A program made the translations under genes and the position numbers. Shown in pieces: positions 1 to 14,177 of a stretch of DNA of 64,000 nt (the stretch's first letter is position 1; the number at the start of each line of letters is the position of its first letter). Source of the DNA: Octopus bimaculoides (taxonomy: Eukaryota). The notes beneath the pieces are model-generated. The model saw only the letters and a list, made by a program, of their open reading frames with translations. It had not been told where the DNA came from and ran no database searches. The stretch lies in the NCBI RefSeq assembly GCF_001194135.2, contig NC_069006.1, positions 2,298,720 to 2,362,719 of the forward strand, in the 5' to 3' direction.

Positions 1-829
1 CAAGAAATGAGCTGACAATTTCTCCATCGTTTGTTCTTATTCACTTGATTATAAACCTCAAGGGAACTTAAAACTTGTCAGACACCTTAGAGCATACCAA
101 CAACGTACAACTCAAAGTAATGTGTGCTTTGGACCAGCCCCTTAGGTGCTAAATTCTCAAAGGGTTGGTTTTCTCTGTGTAGACTACTAAAATATCTTAT
201 CAGATATTTCAGCTCTCACCAACCATAGGCCTGAACCAGAGTGATTACCCAATCCTACCTGGTGCATACCTTTTCAAGTACCTGATTCTACCTGAATTCT
301 CAGGTAAAATTTATTTATATATATATACACACATACATACATACATANNNNNNNNNNNNNNNNNNNNNNNNNNNNNNNNNNNNNNNNNNNNNNNNNNNNN
401 NNNNNNNNNNNNNNNNNNNNNNNNNNNNNNNNNNNNNNNNNNNNNNNNNNNNNNNNNNNNNNNNNNNNNNNNNNNNNNNNNNNNNNNNNNNNNNNNNNNN
501 NNNNNNNNNNNNNNNNNNNNNNNNCACACACACACACACTACCATTTGACAACCTGTGTAGGTGTTTTCACTTCCCTGGAACTTAGTGGTTCACCGAAAG
601 TGATTGATAGAATAAGTACCAGGCTTTAAAACAAAAATACAGGGGTCAAGTTGTTCACCTAAAATCCTTCAAAGCAGTGCCCCAGTATGGTCGCTATCTA
701 ATGACTGAAACAAGTAAAAGAGAAACAGATGACTGTAGAAGCCCCGGAAACATGTAAAATGTTGAAGTTGAGTGAAGAAGGGAAACATCTTTCGAAATGA
801 AAACAAAAATAAATAAATGTGTGACTCAC

Positions 830-1035
830 TGCTGTCCCCAACCAAAAATTTCCTTCACCATAAAAAGTTATTCTTGTTATTTGATTCCAGTCCATTGGAA
901 TAAAAAAGGATGTATTTGATGTTCTAGAATTTCTTCTAAATGTAATATTAGTGTGCCCATAAAACCAAGATTCAAAAGAATAGTTATGATCGTCATTTGG
1001 CTCACTGCGTATAACTTCAATAGTCCATGGTACCA
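830..1035 (-). CDS. Gene A exon 4 (domain 2, first part), phase 1 to 0
   Basis: Acceptor ...CTTACGTTCCAG|TG, donor GCA|GTGAGT; 206 nt, same length as gene B exon 4. Confidence 0.85.
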
Positions 1036-3218
1036 CTGGAACGTAAGAGATAAAAACTGGACATCAGTAACAGCAAAATTTCAAAATTAATAAACTTAAA
1101 ATGATAATTATTTTTATAAAGAGGAAGATTTAAAGGGAAATTATAAGAACATGATTGGGAAATATTTATTTTCTCTGCTCTTCCACCATTTTTACATTTT
1201 GGTGAGACTGTGTAGGAGGAAGTTTGCTTCCCTGCCACATGGTTCTAAGCAAGTGTCTTGTACAACAGACTTTGGTCAACCAGAGCTTTGTGAGGGGATC
1301 TGGTAGATGGAAACTTAAGGAACGCCATGGTATATATATATATATATGTATATATCATCATCATCATTTAACATCCGTTTTCCATGCTCGCATGGATTGA
1401 ACGGTTTGACTGAAAACTGGTAGGCTGGTGAGCTACAACAGGTTCCAATCTAATTTGCCATGGTTTCTACTGTCAGATACTCTTCCTAACACCAACCACT
1501 CCAAGTAGTGGGTGATTTTTATGTGCATTTGGCATGGGTGCCAGTTATGTAGCACCAACATTAGCCATGACTGTGATCTTACTTGGTTTGACAGGTCTTC
1601 TTAGGCACTATATGTTGACAAAGGTCCAGGTCACTTCTCATTGCCTCAACGTTTGGAGATCATGCTTCACCGTCTTGTCTCATATCTTCCTGGGTCTACC
1701 TCTCCTCCAGTTTCCCTCCACAGTTAGAGGTTGACACTTCTTCCCACAGTCGTCCTCATCCATACACATCACATGACCATACAAGCACATTAGAGCGCCG
1801 CATCTCAGGTGGCATCCGGTGCGCTCTCAGCGGCCCTGGAAAATCCGGGTCTTTTACACACCACAGCTGATGCCTCTTATGCCCAATTATTCTCTCAAGA
1901 TGCTTACACTCTGTTGTGCATGCATACTGACATAGCACATCTAGCGATGCATACTAGCTTCATTTCTTTTAAGCCTTCACATGTCCTCAGCGATCACTTC
2001 TACATCATGTGATGTTATGTCCCCCTTCTATTTCGTCAAAGGCTTCAAGTAAAACATCTCTAAATCTCTGTCCATTCGCAGCATCTTTAAGCTTCCAGAC
2101 CCTTCTCCTCTAAGCTGGTCATCCATTTAGCCCTGATCCCGAATGTTAACAGATTAATCTGTTCTTTAGCACAATCTTCTAACATAGAGAAAAAGGGATA
2201 TGAATAAATTTTAACTAATAAAGTTTACATTAATAAAAACAGTGAAATGTCTGTCAGTTTCTTAGTCAAGTTAGAGAATGCTGATGAGATGCAATAGACT
2301 GAAACATATCTGTGGGTATCTAATCCTTTAACATGGATTAGATATTCCCTAATCACCTAAATTAACTTCTTAATTTTTTGAAATTTTTTCCCACTTTCTT
2401 TAAATACTGCCAATTGTGAATTGCAAAAGAATTTTGTTTTAATTTCTCTAGTCAATTCAGAAAATTTCACTTAAGACTTTTTACATGTGACATTCAGTAC
2501 ATCACTTCTTAATTTGTTTCATACAAATTCATGCCATTGGTATCTTTGAGTTATCTCCCTTAGCTAATATTTTTGCCCCAAAATTAATTATACAGAATAT
2601 ACTAACTCAAAATTATTATAACTGATTTACTATTTGTAAAAATCATTATTAGTCGCAATAACTAAACTATCCTAATGAGGTCTAACAGATTGAAGTATAA
2701 CCATTGTTGTCCCCCTTGCCTGCAAATCAAGACCAGTCTTTCTTTCTTGATAATCATTTAAATTACTTTGAGAAATTTATTCCAATCTCTTAAAATTATC
2801 TCCCCTTTTCCTTAACAGTTGCCAATGATTGGACTTAGAGTTTTCCTTTCTCTATCTAAACAAGAACTTGCAAGGAATTTAAGAAGGTTTTTCATACATG
2901 AACCCTTAAATTATTTATGCAAGATCTTAAACTCAGAGTAACATTACTGCTTTAGCCATTTAAAAAAATATTACTTTTATATCCATTTTCATATGTCAAC
3001 ATTAGTTGGAAAAGTTATTGAAAATTTCAAATAATGATTTGTGGTTGAGATATGATATTGATTTTATACCTGTTTGTCTTTCTCATTACTGACTACACAA
3101 CTGTGAATTGAACCACTAAGCATAGAATAATATGTCGTTCATGGGGATTGAATGGCAGCAGTAAGATTTGAACTCCTTTTTAGTTGAGCACACTAATCTC
3201 ATAACCCTTATTATTCCA

Positions 3219-3249
<31 letters not shown>

Positions 3250-3638
3250 CAACCAAAACAATTCCTTAATAAGTTGAAAAGAAGAAAAACAACCAAAAAC
3301 AAAAACCAAGAAAGAGCCCTAAGGCAAACAGCTTACTTTTCATTAATTTGATAATTGTGTCATTACAAAAAGTCTTCCCGCATTTGCCAAAATACATTTC
3401 TTGAAGATCATCGTTTTGAACGGACACCTAAGATAAGATAAATAAACAAAATTAACAGCAACAGATTATTTAAAATAGATTAATAATGATGTTGATGATG
3501 ATGGTGATGATGATGACATTGATGATGATGGTGATGATGATGATGATGATTAAGAGGGTGATGGTTAAGATGATGGTAGAATGTTTATAATGTACAGTCA
3601 GTACTTTGTTTCTCAGTTTAAGATCAGTTTGGAGTAGT

Positions 3639-3685
<47 letters not shown>

Positions 3686-6600
3686 TATCCAGGGCTTAAA
3701 TACTGAACTTCTGTACCTTTGACCTTTACATTGTCAAAGCAAAAGGATTAAATCCAATAATACCAAAAGCAACAAAAATACTCTCACACCTTGTGCCTCC
3801 CTAACGAAAGAGAAACATCTACAGTCTTGTTTATACAAAGTTCCTCATGCATGAATAAATTATAAAGCATAACAAAAACCCAAATTTAATCAATAAAAAA
3901 TTGTTCCAAAACACATTCCCATAACAACATATCTAAAACTGTCAATTTATTTATCTATCTGTTTGTCTGTCTTTCTCTCTATCTCTCCCCCCCTCTCTCT
4001 CTACATATGTATGTATATATATATATATATATATATATAGTTTTAGGGAAAATAACCAAGTTTCAAGAACTCATCGATGAAAATCCACTATCACATATAG
4101 AAAAATTAACAATTAAAAGCACAATAAATGAGTATAATATAAAGCAAAGTAAATATAAGATAAATATAATAAAATGATTACACGTGTTTCATAACTAATT
4201 TTCAAATAGAAAGGAAATTTTAATCGATTAAAATCAATTGAAATTATCGAAAATTAAATTCTATTCAAAAATATAGCTAATCGCCAGATCTTAAGTAGAA
4301 CAATAATTAGATATATATATCTCAACCAACAATAAGTACCAAATGAATTAATATGAAATACTTATTTTATAAAGATAGAAAAANNNNNNNNNNNNNNNNN
4401 NNNNNNNNNNNNNNNNNNNNNNNNNNNNNNNNNNNNNNNNNNNNNNNNNNNNNNNNNNNNNNNNNNNNNNNNNNNNNNNNNNNNNNNNNNNNNNNNNNNN
4501 NNNNNNNNNNNNNNNNNNNNNNNNNNNNNNNNNNNNNNNNNNNNNNNNNNNNNNNNNNNNNNNNNNNNNNNNNNNNNNNNNNNNNNNNNNNNNNNNNNNN
4601 NNNNNNNNNNNNNNNNNNNNNNNNNNNNNNNNNNNNNNNNNNNNNNNNNNNNNNNNNNNNNNNNNNNNNNNNNNNNNNNNNNNNNNNNNNNNNNNNNNNN
4701 NNNNNNNNNNNNNNNNNNNNNNNNNNNNNNNNNNNNNNNNNNNNNNNNNNNNNNNNNNNNNNNNNNNNNNNNNNNNNNNNNNNNNNNNNNNNNNNNNNNN
4801 NNNNNNNNNNNNNNNNNNNNNNNNNNNNNNNNNNNNNNNNNNNNNNNNNNNNNNNNNNNNNNNNNNNNNNNNNNNNNNNNNNNNNNNNNNNNNNNNNNNN
4901 NNNNNNNNNNNNNNNNNNNNNNNNNNNNNNNNNNNNNNNNNNNNNNNNNNNNNNNNNNNNNNNNNNNNNNNNNNNNNNNNNNNNNNNNNNNNNNNNNNNN
5001 NNNNNNNNNNNNNNNNNNNNNNNNNNNNNNNNNNNNNNNNNNNNNNNNNNNNNNNNNNNNNNNNNNNNNNNNNNNNNNNNNNNNNNNNNNNNNNNNNNNN
5101 NNNNNNNNNNNNNNNNNNNNNNNNNNNNNNNNNNNNNNNNNNNNNNNNNNNNNNNNNNNNNNNNNNNNNNNNNNNNNNNNNNNNNNNNNNNNNNNNNNNN
5201 NNNNNNNNNNNNNNNNNNNNNNNNNNNNNNNNNNNNNNNNNNNNNNNNNNNNNNNNNNNNNNNNNNNNNNNNNNNNNNNNNNNNNNNNNNNNNNNNNNNN
5301 NNNNNNNNNNNNNNNNNNNNNNNNNNNNNNNNNNNNNNNNNNNNNNNNNNNNNNNNNNNNNNNNNNNNNNNNNNNNNNNNNNAGTTATGAAACACGTGTA
5401 ATCATTTTATTATATTTATCTTATATTTACTTTGTTTTATATTATACTCATTTATTGTGCTTTTAATTGTTAAATTTTCTATATATGATAGTGGATTTTC
5501 ATCGATGAGTTCTTGAAACTTGGTTATTTTCCCTAAAACTATATATTTTATATATATTTTATCTATAAAGCTCAATGTAATTTTAATTTTTTATAAATTG
5601 GTTTTAATTGAGTTTTTACCTGTAATTTTGGATTTTGTCCCTAATATTATTATTATTATATATATATATATATATATGTATACATATATATAAGGGCAAG
5701 ATTGAGGGATTCAAGTGTAGCAAGTTAGTAAGCTTCAAGCAGTCTGTGGCATGTAGAGAAAACAAAATGTGGAGAGTGTGTGGTCAGGAAGAATAACAAT
5801 TTATTTTTATATACTTCATGGTAGGCAACTAGCGTTGTTCTGAATGTGAATAAAGATTCAAATTGAAGTAGTGGAACAGTTAAAATCCAGGCTACATATG
5901 TTTCTTATCTGGCTGATCTTCCAATATAATTATTATGCAGAGATGGGTATGCAGGTAAGCTATTCATCAGGCCCAAAATACCTTAATTATATGAAAGTTA
6001 CATTGTCGTTTAAGAATCCAAGTTAATTCATCAAAGATCTTAGTTGAAATGAGTGAAGCCAGAACAGCAAAATCAAAAAAACAAAGGATTGAAGAAATAA
6101 AATGATTAAGAAGTAAAATGTGCATCAATGTCTGTGCCCATTTGCACACTCTCACAGGCAAAAAGGTAAACATAAAAGAGACCACCAAGAAAAGGAAATA
6201 TGTAACAAAAATGCCATAATGTAATGGTTATGAATATACAGAAAAGATTAACGTACAGAGGATGTAGGAGAATTAGCCAAGGAATTATCAAGGTGAGAAA
6301 CTATTATTTGTAACTTAAGAATGTGTTACATAACTTATCTTTACAGTTAAGAACAAGGTCATTTCGTTCATTAATGCAGTTACTGCATCATATAATGGAA
6401 AAAAGTTCTGCAATGCAGAGATGGCATTTTTTTTCAGAACTAATATATGGTTTAGCATGGGTAGCAATGGACTACTTTATACTTCATAAAACTGAGTAAG
6501 GTTTTAGCTTATGAATGAGTCTAGATTGAGATGTACTGTTAGTTTTTGCTATATACATATAGTTTACTGTTTTGTTATAGTTAGGATCAACAGAAATATT

Positions 6601-7233
6601 ATTCTAGTGAGAGATAAATATCATTTAATCTTTGTTACTTTGTGACTTGTTTCAGTCTAGTCATTAAATTATGGCCATGCTAGAGCACCACCTTAAAGGG
6701 GTTAGTCAAACAAATCGACCACAGGGCTTATTCTTTAACGCCTAGTACTTATTCTACCAGTCTCTTTTTGCTGAACCGATATGTTACAGGGACATAAACA
6801 AACCAACATTGGTTGTCAAGTGATGTCAGGGCAACAAACACAGACACACCCACACACATAGATGCATATACATATACATACGACAGTCTTTTTTCAGTGT
6901 CTGTCTACCAATTACACTCACAAGATTTTGGTTGGCCCAAGGCTATAGAAGAAGAAGCTTGCCCAAAGTGTCACACAGTGGGATTGAACCTGGCACCATG
7001 TGGTTGGGAAGCAAGCTTCTTACCACACAGCCATACCTGCACCTATACACAAAATTTGAAAAAGCGCTTCTAATAGTTTCATGCAGTAGAGATACAATAA
7101 TTTGGCAGTTTTATATAACATAACACATGTCTCCATGCAATCTTTGAAACATGTTATATAAATCTGCCAAATAATTGTACCTCTAAGGCATGAAACTATA
7201 AGTTGGTGTTTTTAAAATTATTGCATAATAAGT

Positions 7234-7270
<37 letters not shown>

Positions 7271-8222
7271 ATATGTGTGCATGTATGTGTGTGCGTGTGC
7301 ATATTAATTTCCTTACCCCATCAACATCACTGTTATCAAATTCTGCAAAACCTGGCTTTGTTGTATTGTCTAATTCAAATTCAGTGTTGAAACATTTCTG
7401 TGCCTTTTTACTTGAAATGTTTACATATTCCACCTTGTCCAAAGAAATGCGAACAGAATTGAATTCCTTTAAAGAACAAAGGGTCATGTTCCACATTGTG
7501 GCCTGGGTAACTGGAAAATAGTTGGAAAAAAAAAACAAGTTATCAAATTTTTTTAAAACATCAAAATTCTTTTACAATGTGACTAGTTGTACTGGTATTC
7601 TATTACTGGTTACAGCCGGAAGCTGTGGGCATGTCCCATCCCAGTTATACAAGGAAAATCAGAGTAAGGTGAAGGTGTGGCTGTGTGGTAACAAATTTGC
7701 TTTCTAGCCATGTGGTTCCAGGTTGATTCCCACTTCCTTGCACCGTGAGCAAGTGACAGAAATGAACTCTACAATACACTGCCACAGTAGCGCCACCTAC
7801 CAAATTCCACTCTTTCACCATTTAGTATTCAGATTATTCGATTAAGTGTAATACTTATTTATTCTCATTGTTTTGAATTAATCATGCATTCTTTTGTAGC
7901 TTCAAGGTTTCGATGATTTGATTGCTTATTTTTAGAATGCCATTGCATGGTAGGTGTGAGAGGCTGGATATGGCCAGCTGGAATATTTGAACTGGAAGGC
8001 TGGTTTGAATGGTGAAGTATTAAAATTCTGTTGAGTTGAGGTTATTGTTCAAGATACTAATAAATTTGAAACCAAGTGGAAAACACAGGTGAGGGAAACA
8101 AAGTTCTTAACCATACACAACCAACCATGATGATTGCACAAATAAATAAATAATTAAGAGAACTTACATAATAAACAGGGGAAGATTATGACTAAAATAC
8201 TCCAAAATGGAAGACCCAGCAT
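830..8222 (-). CDS. Gene A: paralog of gene B, exons 1-4 (182 codons), 3' part outside the window
   Basis: Exons 8222-8168, 7510-7317, 3427-3337, 1035-830 with GT-AG sites and the same phases as gene B exons 1-4 (lengths 55/194/91/206 vs 55/233/91/206). Translation: MLGLPFWSILVIIFPCLLFTQATMWNMTLCSLKEFNSVRISLDKVEYVNISSKKAQKCFNTEFELDNTTKPGFAEFDNSDVDGVSVQNDDLQEMYFGKCGKTFCNDTIIKLMKMVPWTIEVIRSEPNDDHNYSFESWFYGHTNITFRRNSRTSNTSFFIPMDWNQITRITFYGEGNFWLGTA. No stops. Confidence 0.85.
1620..1990 (-). mobile_element. RTE-clade LINE 3' fragment (decayed)
   Basis: Minus strand encodes LYGHVMCMDEDDCGKKCQPLTVEGNWRRGRPRK, typical of RTE ORF ends (YGHVxR...GRPR). Confidence 0.65.
3337..3427 (-). CDS. Gene A exon 3 (VSVQNDDLQEMYFGKCGKTFCNDTIIKLMK), phase 0 to 1
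   Basis: Acceptor TTATCTTAG|GTG, donor AAAA|GTAAGC; 20/30 aa identical to gene B exon 3. Confidence 0.85.
4384..5382. other. Assembly gap (largest of about 20 N runs in the window)
   Basis: Run of N; most gaps are flanked by (TA)n or (CA)n, typical of short-read scaffolds. Confidence 0.98.
6650..7045 (-). mobile_element. tRNA-derived SINE (octopod type)
   Basis: Minus-strand head GGTGCAGGTATGGCTGTGTGGTAAG...GGTTCAATCCC (B box); same family as 39438-39743. Confidence 0.75.
7317..7510 (-). CDS. Gene A exon 2 (signal peptide end plus domain 1), phase 1 to 0
   Basis: Acceptor CTATTTTCCAG|TT, donor GGG|GTAAGG; homologous to gene B exon 2. Confidence 0.85.
8168..8222 (-). CDS. Gene A exon 1 (signal peptide MLGLPFWSILVIIFPCLL)
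   Basis: ATG in GCCATG context, hydrophobic peptide, donor TAT|GTAAGT; 55 nt as in gene B. Confidence 0.8.
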
Positions 8223-8630
8223 GGCAGGAGATGGAAAGAATTGGTTAGTCTGGAGAAATGGTGATTTTTCCTTTTTCCTTTTTAAAGGTCTTTTGCAAAG
8301 AATGAGGAATTTCTATATCAAATATTCTTAGAGATGAATCGTCATTAATTCCTTTTCATTTATCTGTTCAACTATTTTATAAACTGCAAAACACAAAAAA
8401 CAGAATATTGTCAAATGTCAGTTGATATTCTAAACCATTGAATAATTCTTGTTTTATAATTCTTACCATGTCAAATTCTTGTGCTTGCGGGTTGTGGAGA
8501 TTACGAAATTGAAAGTTCTGGACAATATTTAATGCTTTTTTTAATGTTTGGACACATTATTATTGCATCAAAGCTGTTCTAATATATAAACTGGCTTCTA
8601 GAACATTGCTAAAAACTGAATAATTGATAT

Positions 8631-8667
<37 letters not shown>

Positions 8668-9399
8668 TTATGTATGCATGCTTGTTCAGTTTTATTTCAA
8701 GATTTCTTGTCAATACAGAAGGAACTGGTTTCTAACCTAGATCCAAATCTTTTTCACTGGAATTTCAACATTAACAACAGGGTATTTTTGTACGTATGTA
8801 TGTATGTATGTATGTATGTATGTATGTATGTANNNNNNNNNNTGCATGCTTGTTCAGTTTTATTTCAAGATTTCTTGTCAATACAGAAGGAACTGGTTTC
8901 TAACCTAGATCCAAATCTTTTTCACTGGAATTTCAACATTAACAACAGGGTATTTTTGTACGTATGTATGTATGTATGTATGTATGTATGTATGTATGCA
9001 TGTATGCATGTATGTATGTATATATATGTGCAGATTTGTATGTTTTGCTTTGTGTATATATTCTCATGCGTATAGCTGCATATCTAGACATGCTCATATA
9101 TACCTTTAAAGGATAAACTTCTGGAGAGTTTTACAGATTTTTACTGTTCCAGTGATGGCTTGGATCTGTAGTCATCAAATCAGCTTTCTGCTTTCTGGTT
9201 TATGTATGTATGTATGTATGTATGTATGTATGTATGTATGTATGCATGTATGCATGTACACATGCATATAAAGCATCCATTACAGTCTTAGAGTGGTTAG
9301 CTTTAGGAAGGGCTTACCAGCTCCAGTCAAACATTCCAACCATGCCAGCATGGAAAGCAGTCCTTAAATGATGATATATATATATATATATATATCATC

Positions 9400-9710
9400 A
9401 TACATACATACTGACATTGTACATCTAGCGAAACATACCAGCTTCATTTCTTTCAGGCATTTGCATGTCCCCAGCATGCCCAGCCCATGTTTACACCCAG
9501 GCATCATACAGCCTTCCTTTCATTCTGAGGGAAAGACCCTTTTTTACCAGCAGAGGGAGAAGCTCTCTGAGCTTTGCTCAGCCTATTCTTATTCTAGCAA
9601 CTAGGCTTTCAGAGCATCCACCACCACTGTTGGTTTGGTCACCTAGATAGCTACAGCTTTCCCCACTGGCATTTGATGGAATCTATTTTCTGTACATTAA
9701 CCTTCCTCTG
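9400..9710 (-). mobile_element. RTE-clade LINE fragment, inverted counterpart of 25560-25950
   Basis: Shared sequence ...SEHPPPLLVWS on the opposite strand; the coding strand reads GGGCSESLVARIRIG. Confidence 0.7.
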
Positions 9711-10089
9711 ATATTTCTGCACTTCTTATACACCATTTTTATATGTCAAACAGTATTCTATACTAATAAAATTAGTAAAACTAAAACAATTACTATTAAT
9801 TGACCTGATGAACTAATTATAAAATGCCAACATTTTAAATACAAATCTTTTCTGCACTACAAACACATAGAGTTATACTTATCCTTATAACTACAGTTAC
9901 TAAATTATAACCCTAGTTTTAATACTCAGAATATATTCAATATATTTTAATAAGTGTATCCTTACATCTTAATGAAAATCTTCCATACCTTAAACTACAA
10001 TTTAACTCTACTAATTTAATAATTATTATATTCAAATTTAAACACTTCTATTTTTCAAAAAATTCTCCCTTTTTAAATGAAATTCCTCT

Positions 10090-11760
10090 ATGGATTACAC
10101 AAGTGACATTTGATGGTCTTCAAATAGCGACTTATATAGGGGCATAGAAGACAGCATGGAGGTGAAGTGGCAGCATCAGTGGGGCCAGCATTAGGATTAG
10201 AACGTACACAGGGAGGGGATGGCATTATTAACCAAATGTTAGCATCAGAATATGGCAGCAGAGATAAAGTAATATCTTGGCCCCCATGCCATTCTTCGTC
10301 TTTAGAAATTTTCTCCTGTGTTAGTTGACCTCTCAGACTAATTCTGGCCGAATATGACAATGGAAGGGGGAGAAGGGAGATAGGGGATACGAGTTAGCTC
10401 CCATAGAATATGACGGAGGAGGAGGACAAAGCGAGGACGAAGGCTGAAAGACTGTTTCCAAACCATTTAGGCAGAAGCCTGTTTGAAGCACACCATGTAA
10501 TTCCTCATAACTTCTTGTTTATGTTTTGGAATTTAAAAAAAAGTTTAGCAAATTTGTATTCTATATATGGGAATTCATATTACAGTGAAAAACAAATTTG
10601 TTTTTAATTTTTCGATTTTGTTTTTAAAAATCTCATTTTAAAAAACGGACAGTCCAAACTTTTGGCTTAAATCCCAGCAATGTGGACCATTAAATGTGTT
10701 TATGAGGAGAACGATATTGAAAAACATCTATACTTCAGAGTGACAAACGAGGAGGGTGTTAGGTTGTCGTGTGATGTGTTAAAAACAACAGTCAAATAGC
10801 CACTAAGCATACACAACATTTTTTTTCCCTGTCGTTTTTGCATAAACGTATGAATTCTCGTGCGTGGAATACAAATTCGTAAAATATTTCTGAAAGTTCC
10901 AAAAAATATAAAAGTTATGAGACTGGCTGTTATGGGAGTGGTGGAGTGAATAAGAGGAGAGGGCGCAGGTTTGCGATGGAGGTAGAGGGGGGAACCGGAT
11001 GAAACGCATTAACTCTGGCAGTGAGGCTCGGCTTGGAGTGTGCGGGTTAGGAGGCGATGAAAGTAGGCAGGTTGTTACGGGAGTGGTCTGGTGTATAAGG
11101 GGACGAGTAAGACCAATTCCGACTGAATCCGACGAGAGAAATGGGAGAAGGGAGATAGGGAAATATGAGTTTGTTCTCTTGAAATGTGACGAACGAGGTG
11201 GGCAGAGCAAGGACGAAGGCTGATAAAATGTTTCAAAATCGTTGAGGTGGAATTCTGTTTTAACCATTCCATGTAATTCCTCAAGACTTTTTTTTTTCAC
11301 TTTTTGTAAGTTTCTGGAAAGTTTTTGTATCCTATACACAGGAATTCATATTACAGTGAAAAACAAATTTGTTTTGAATGTTTCGAATTTATATTTCTTT
11401 AAATCACATTTTAAAATATGGACAGTCCAAACTTTTGGCTTAAATCCCAGCAATTGACCATCAAATGTGTTTAATGGGGAGAACGATATTGAAAAAACAT
11501 CAATACGCCAGAGTGACAAACAAGGAGGGAATCAGGAGATCGTGAGATGTGCTAAAAACAACAGCCAAATGACCCCTAATCACACGCAAAATATTTTTCC
11601 TTTTGCTTTTGCATAATTGTATGAACTCTCGCGTGTGGGGCACAAATTCGTAAAAGATTTCAGAAAATCCTGAAAAATAGAAAAAAATATGAGGGGTTAT
11701 ATGGAATGATTAAAGCAGAATTTTGCTATCATTTAGCCATGGGGGGGGGGGAGTGGTCTC
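10090..11760. repeat. Modular non-coding repeat with internal tandem subunits; inverted copy at 20870-22030
   Basis: Subunit ...GGACAGTCCAAACTTTTGGCTTAAATCCCAGCAAT...GAACGATATTGAAAAA... occurs at ~10650 and ~11420 and inverted at ~21100 and ~21450. Confidence 0.65.
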
Positions 11761-14177
11761 TTGGTCAATCGCTGCATGGCCCTAAAACTTTTTTTTATTT
11801 AATTTTATTTTCATCCGAACACCAACGTTGAATCTAACCAGGCCATCATTATGACAATGATGGTCAAGTGAGAGNNNNNNNNNNNNNNNNNNNNNNNNNN
11901 NNNNNNNNNNNNNNNNNNNNNNNNNNNNNNNNNNNNNNNNNNNNNNNNNNNNNNNNNNNNNNNNNNNNNNNNNNNNNNNNNNNNNNNNNNNNNNNNNNNN
12001 NNNNNNNNNNNNNNNNNNNNNNNNNNNNNNNNNNNNNNNNNNNNNNNNNNNNNNNNNNNNNNNNNNNNNNNNNNNNNNNNNNNNNNNNNNNNNNNNNNNN
12101 NNNNNNNNNNNNNNNNNNNNNNNNNNNNNNNNNNNNNNNNNNNNNNNNNNNNNNNNNNNNNNNNNNNNNNNNNNNNNNNNNNNNNNNNNNNNNNNNNNNN
12201 NNNNNNNNNNNNNNNNNNNNNNNNNNNNNNNNNNNNNNNNNNNNNNNNNNNNNNNNNNNNNNNNNNNNNNNNNNNNNNNNNNNNNNNNNNNNNNNNNNNN
12301 NNNNNNNNNNNNNNNNNNNNNNNNNNNNNNNNNNNNNNNNNNNNNNNNNNNNNNNNNNNNNNNNNNNNNNNNNNNNNNNNNNNNNNNNNNNNNNNNNNNN
12401 NNNNNNNNNNNNNNNNNNNNNNNNNNNNNNNNNNNNNNNNNNNNNNNNNNNNNNNNNNNNNNNNNNNNNNNNNNNNNNNNNNNNNNNNNNNNNNNNNNNN
12501 NNNNNNNNNNNNNNNNNNNNNNNNNNNNNNNNNNNNNNNNNNNNNNNNNNNNNNNNNNNNNNNNNNNNNNNNNNNNNNNNNNNNNNNNNNNNNNNNNNNN
12601 NNNNNNNNNNNNNNTATATATATATATATGAGGTCGGGTGTAAACAAAATATTAACTGAGCATGAAGTTGATCTATCATGGTTAAAATGGAATTCTACTT
12701 ACGTGTGCATCTGTTTATTTATCGTTTTTTTTTTCTCATCTGTCTCTTTTGTTGCTACGCTGTTGAATACGTGGGTGAGAATTTGGTGCAGTTGCTTCGG
12801 TTGTTGTGATATATTTACTGTGTCGTCATATCATTAAAAAAAATTAAATGGAAACAAATTCGACCGTATATAGATTTACTTTCAAAGCAATGTTCCAGTA
12901 AATCACAAACCTCTTTCTATTCTAAATATAAATCATTCTGCATCTGTTTGACCTCATTTAAAGCTGCACGTTGTGACTCTGACGGGTCTTCTGTTGCTGT
13001 ATAATTAGATCACTCGACCACAGTGTGACAGACGATGCTCAGAGGAAGTGGGTAGGTGTGTGCAAGGTGGTTGAATTGATATGCAGCTCTCTTATGTTTA
13101 CTGAAGAATTTCTTTTAGAATTTCTTTGCTCTAATTATTTTAAATCGTCAACAAATTACTTAAAGGGCTGTGGCAATTGTATGAAGGGGAGTTGGCATTA
13201 TTAGCCAAATTTTGGAATCAAAATATGGCAGCAGAGAAAGAGTAATATTTTGGCCCCAAAACCATTCTTCGTCTTTAGAAATGTTCTGCTTTAGTTGAGT
13301 CTCTCAGATTTCTTCTTGCTGACCTAATAAATTGCAGCTATGAATGCAAGTATAAAGTTACAAAACATTTTCAAAAAATATCAAGGAATGACTTGGAATA
13401 CAAGAACAGTTGAAATTGGTACTGCTGAAAATTTTTGCATCTTCACATTGTGGAGAGTGAACATTGGGACGAAATTCAAATGTATATGTGAATGATATCT
13501 CCATTTCTTTAAAACTTTTATTTCTTAAACGATGATTGGCATCGTATCATAAATTGATCCCCATAATTGAAACTGAAATCTACATTAAATCTCTGAATCC
13601 ACATGAATTCAGAAGGGATCGTCATGGGCTGCGAGTTTGGACATAGAAAACTGAAGATAATCAAGTTATAAAGTTAATTCGATAAAGTTGGACAGCCGGG
13701 TTTAGATTGTATTTCTGTCTTCGGAACTGCTGACCGGTTAGCGTTGATAAGGATCTCCATAGCATCACTTTTGTGAAGTTAATTGAACTTATTTTTATAT
13801 GGTTTATTTCCCAATATGTTATTATCATCGTGTTTGTATCCCTCAAAAAAGAAAACAAAAATATTATCGAAAAATTGGATCCCTACAAATGCCATTTTCT
13901 TCATAGGTAATTCCATCAGGTTTAGCTGATTTCTTTCCTTTCTACTGATTCCATTGAAGAACACAAGAGACAAAGCTTGCAATTCACAGAGGAACTGAAA
14001 GTTCTAACAATATCATCAGTTGTATATGCACAGCAAACTTACTTGACCCGTTTGTAATAGCATAACCTTTATTAAGATGATATTCACCCCTGGATATTAG
14101 ATTAACCCGTTGACAATAGCTTAACCACCTAATATTAATTTAATCCTTGAATATTAGATTTACTGCTTAGCATTAGA

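Larger units (their letters stand above)
530..13320 (-). repeat. Left arm of a large decayed inverted duplication
   Basis: Colinear mirror-image homology with ~19215-36050: SINE 530-715/35850-36050, exons 1-4 with flanking introns, RTE fragment 9400-9710/25560-25950, modular repeat 10090-11760/20870-22030, block 12630-13320/19215-19915. Confidence 0.8.

Noticed and set aside
698-1036. Stand-alone 112-aa ORF, and similar ORFs at 30597, 41317, 48097 and 57151
   Set aside because: Each is one real exon read through into intron; the splice sites and the paralog define the true boundaries
8682-8995. Exact ~150-nt tandem duplication upstream of gene A
   Set aside because: The copies are identical and separated by a 10-N gap, most likely a scaffolding overlap artefact
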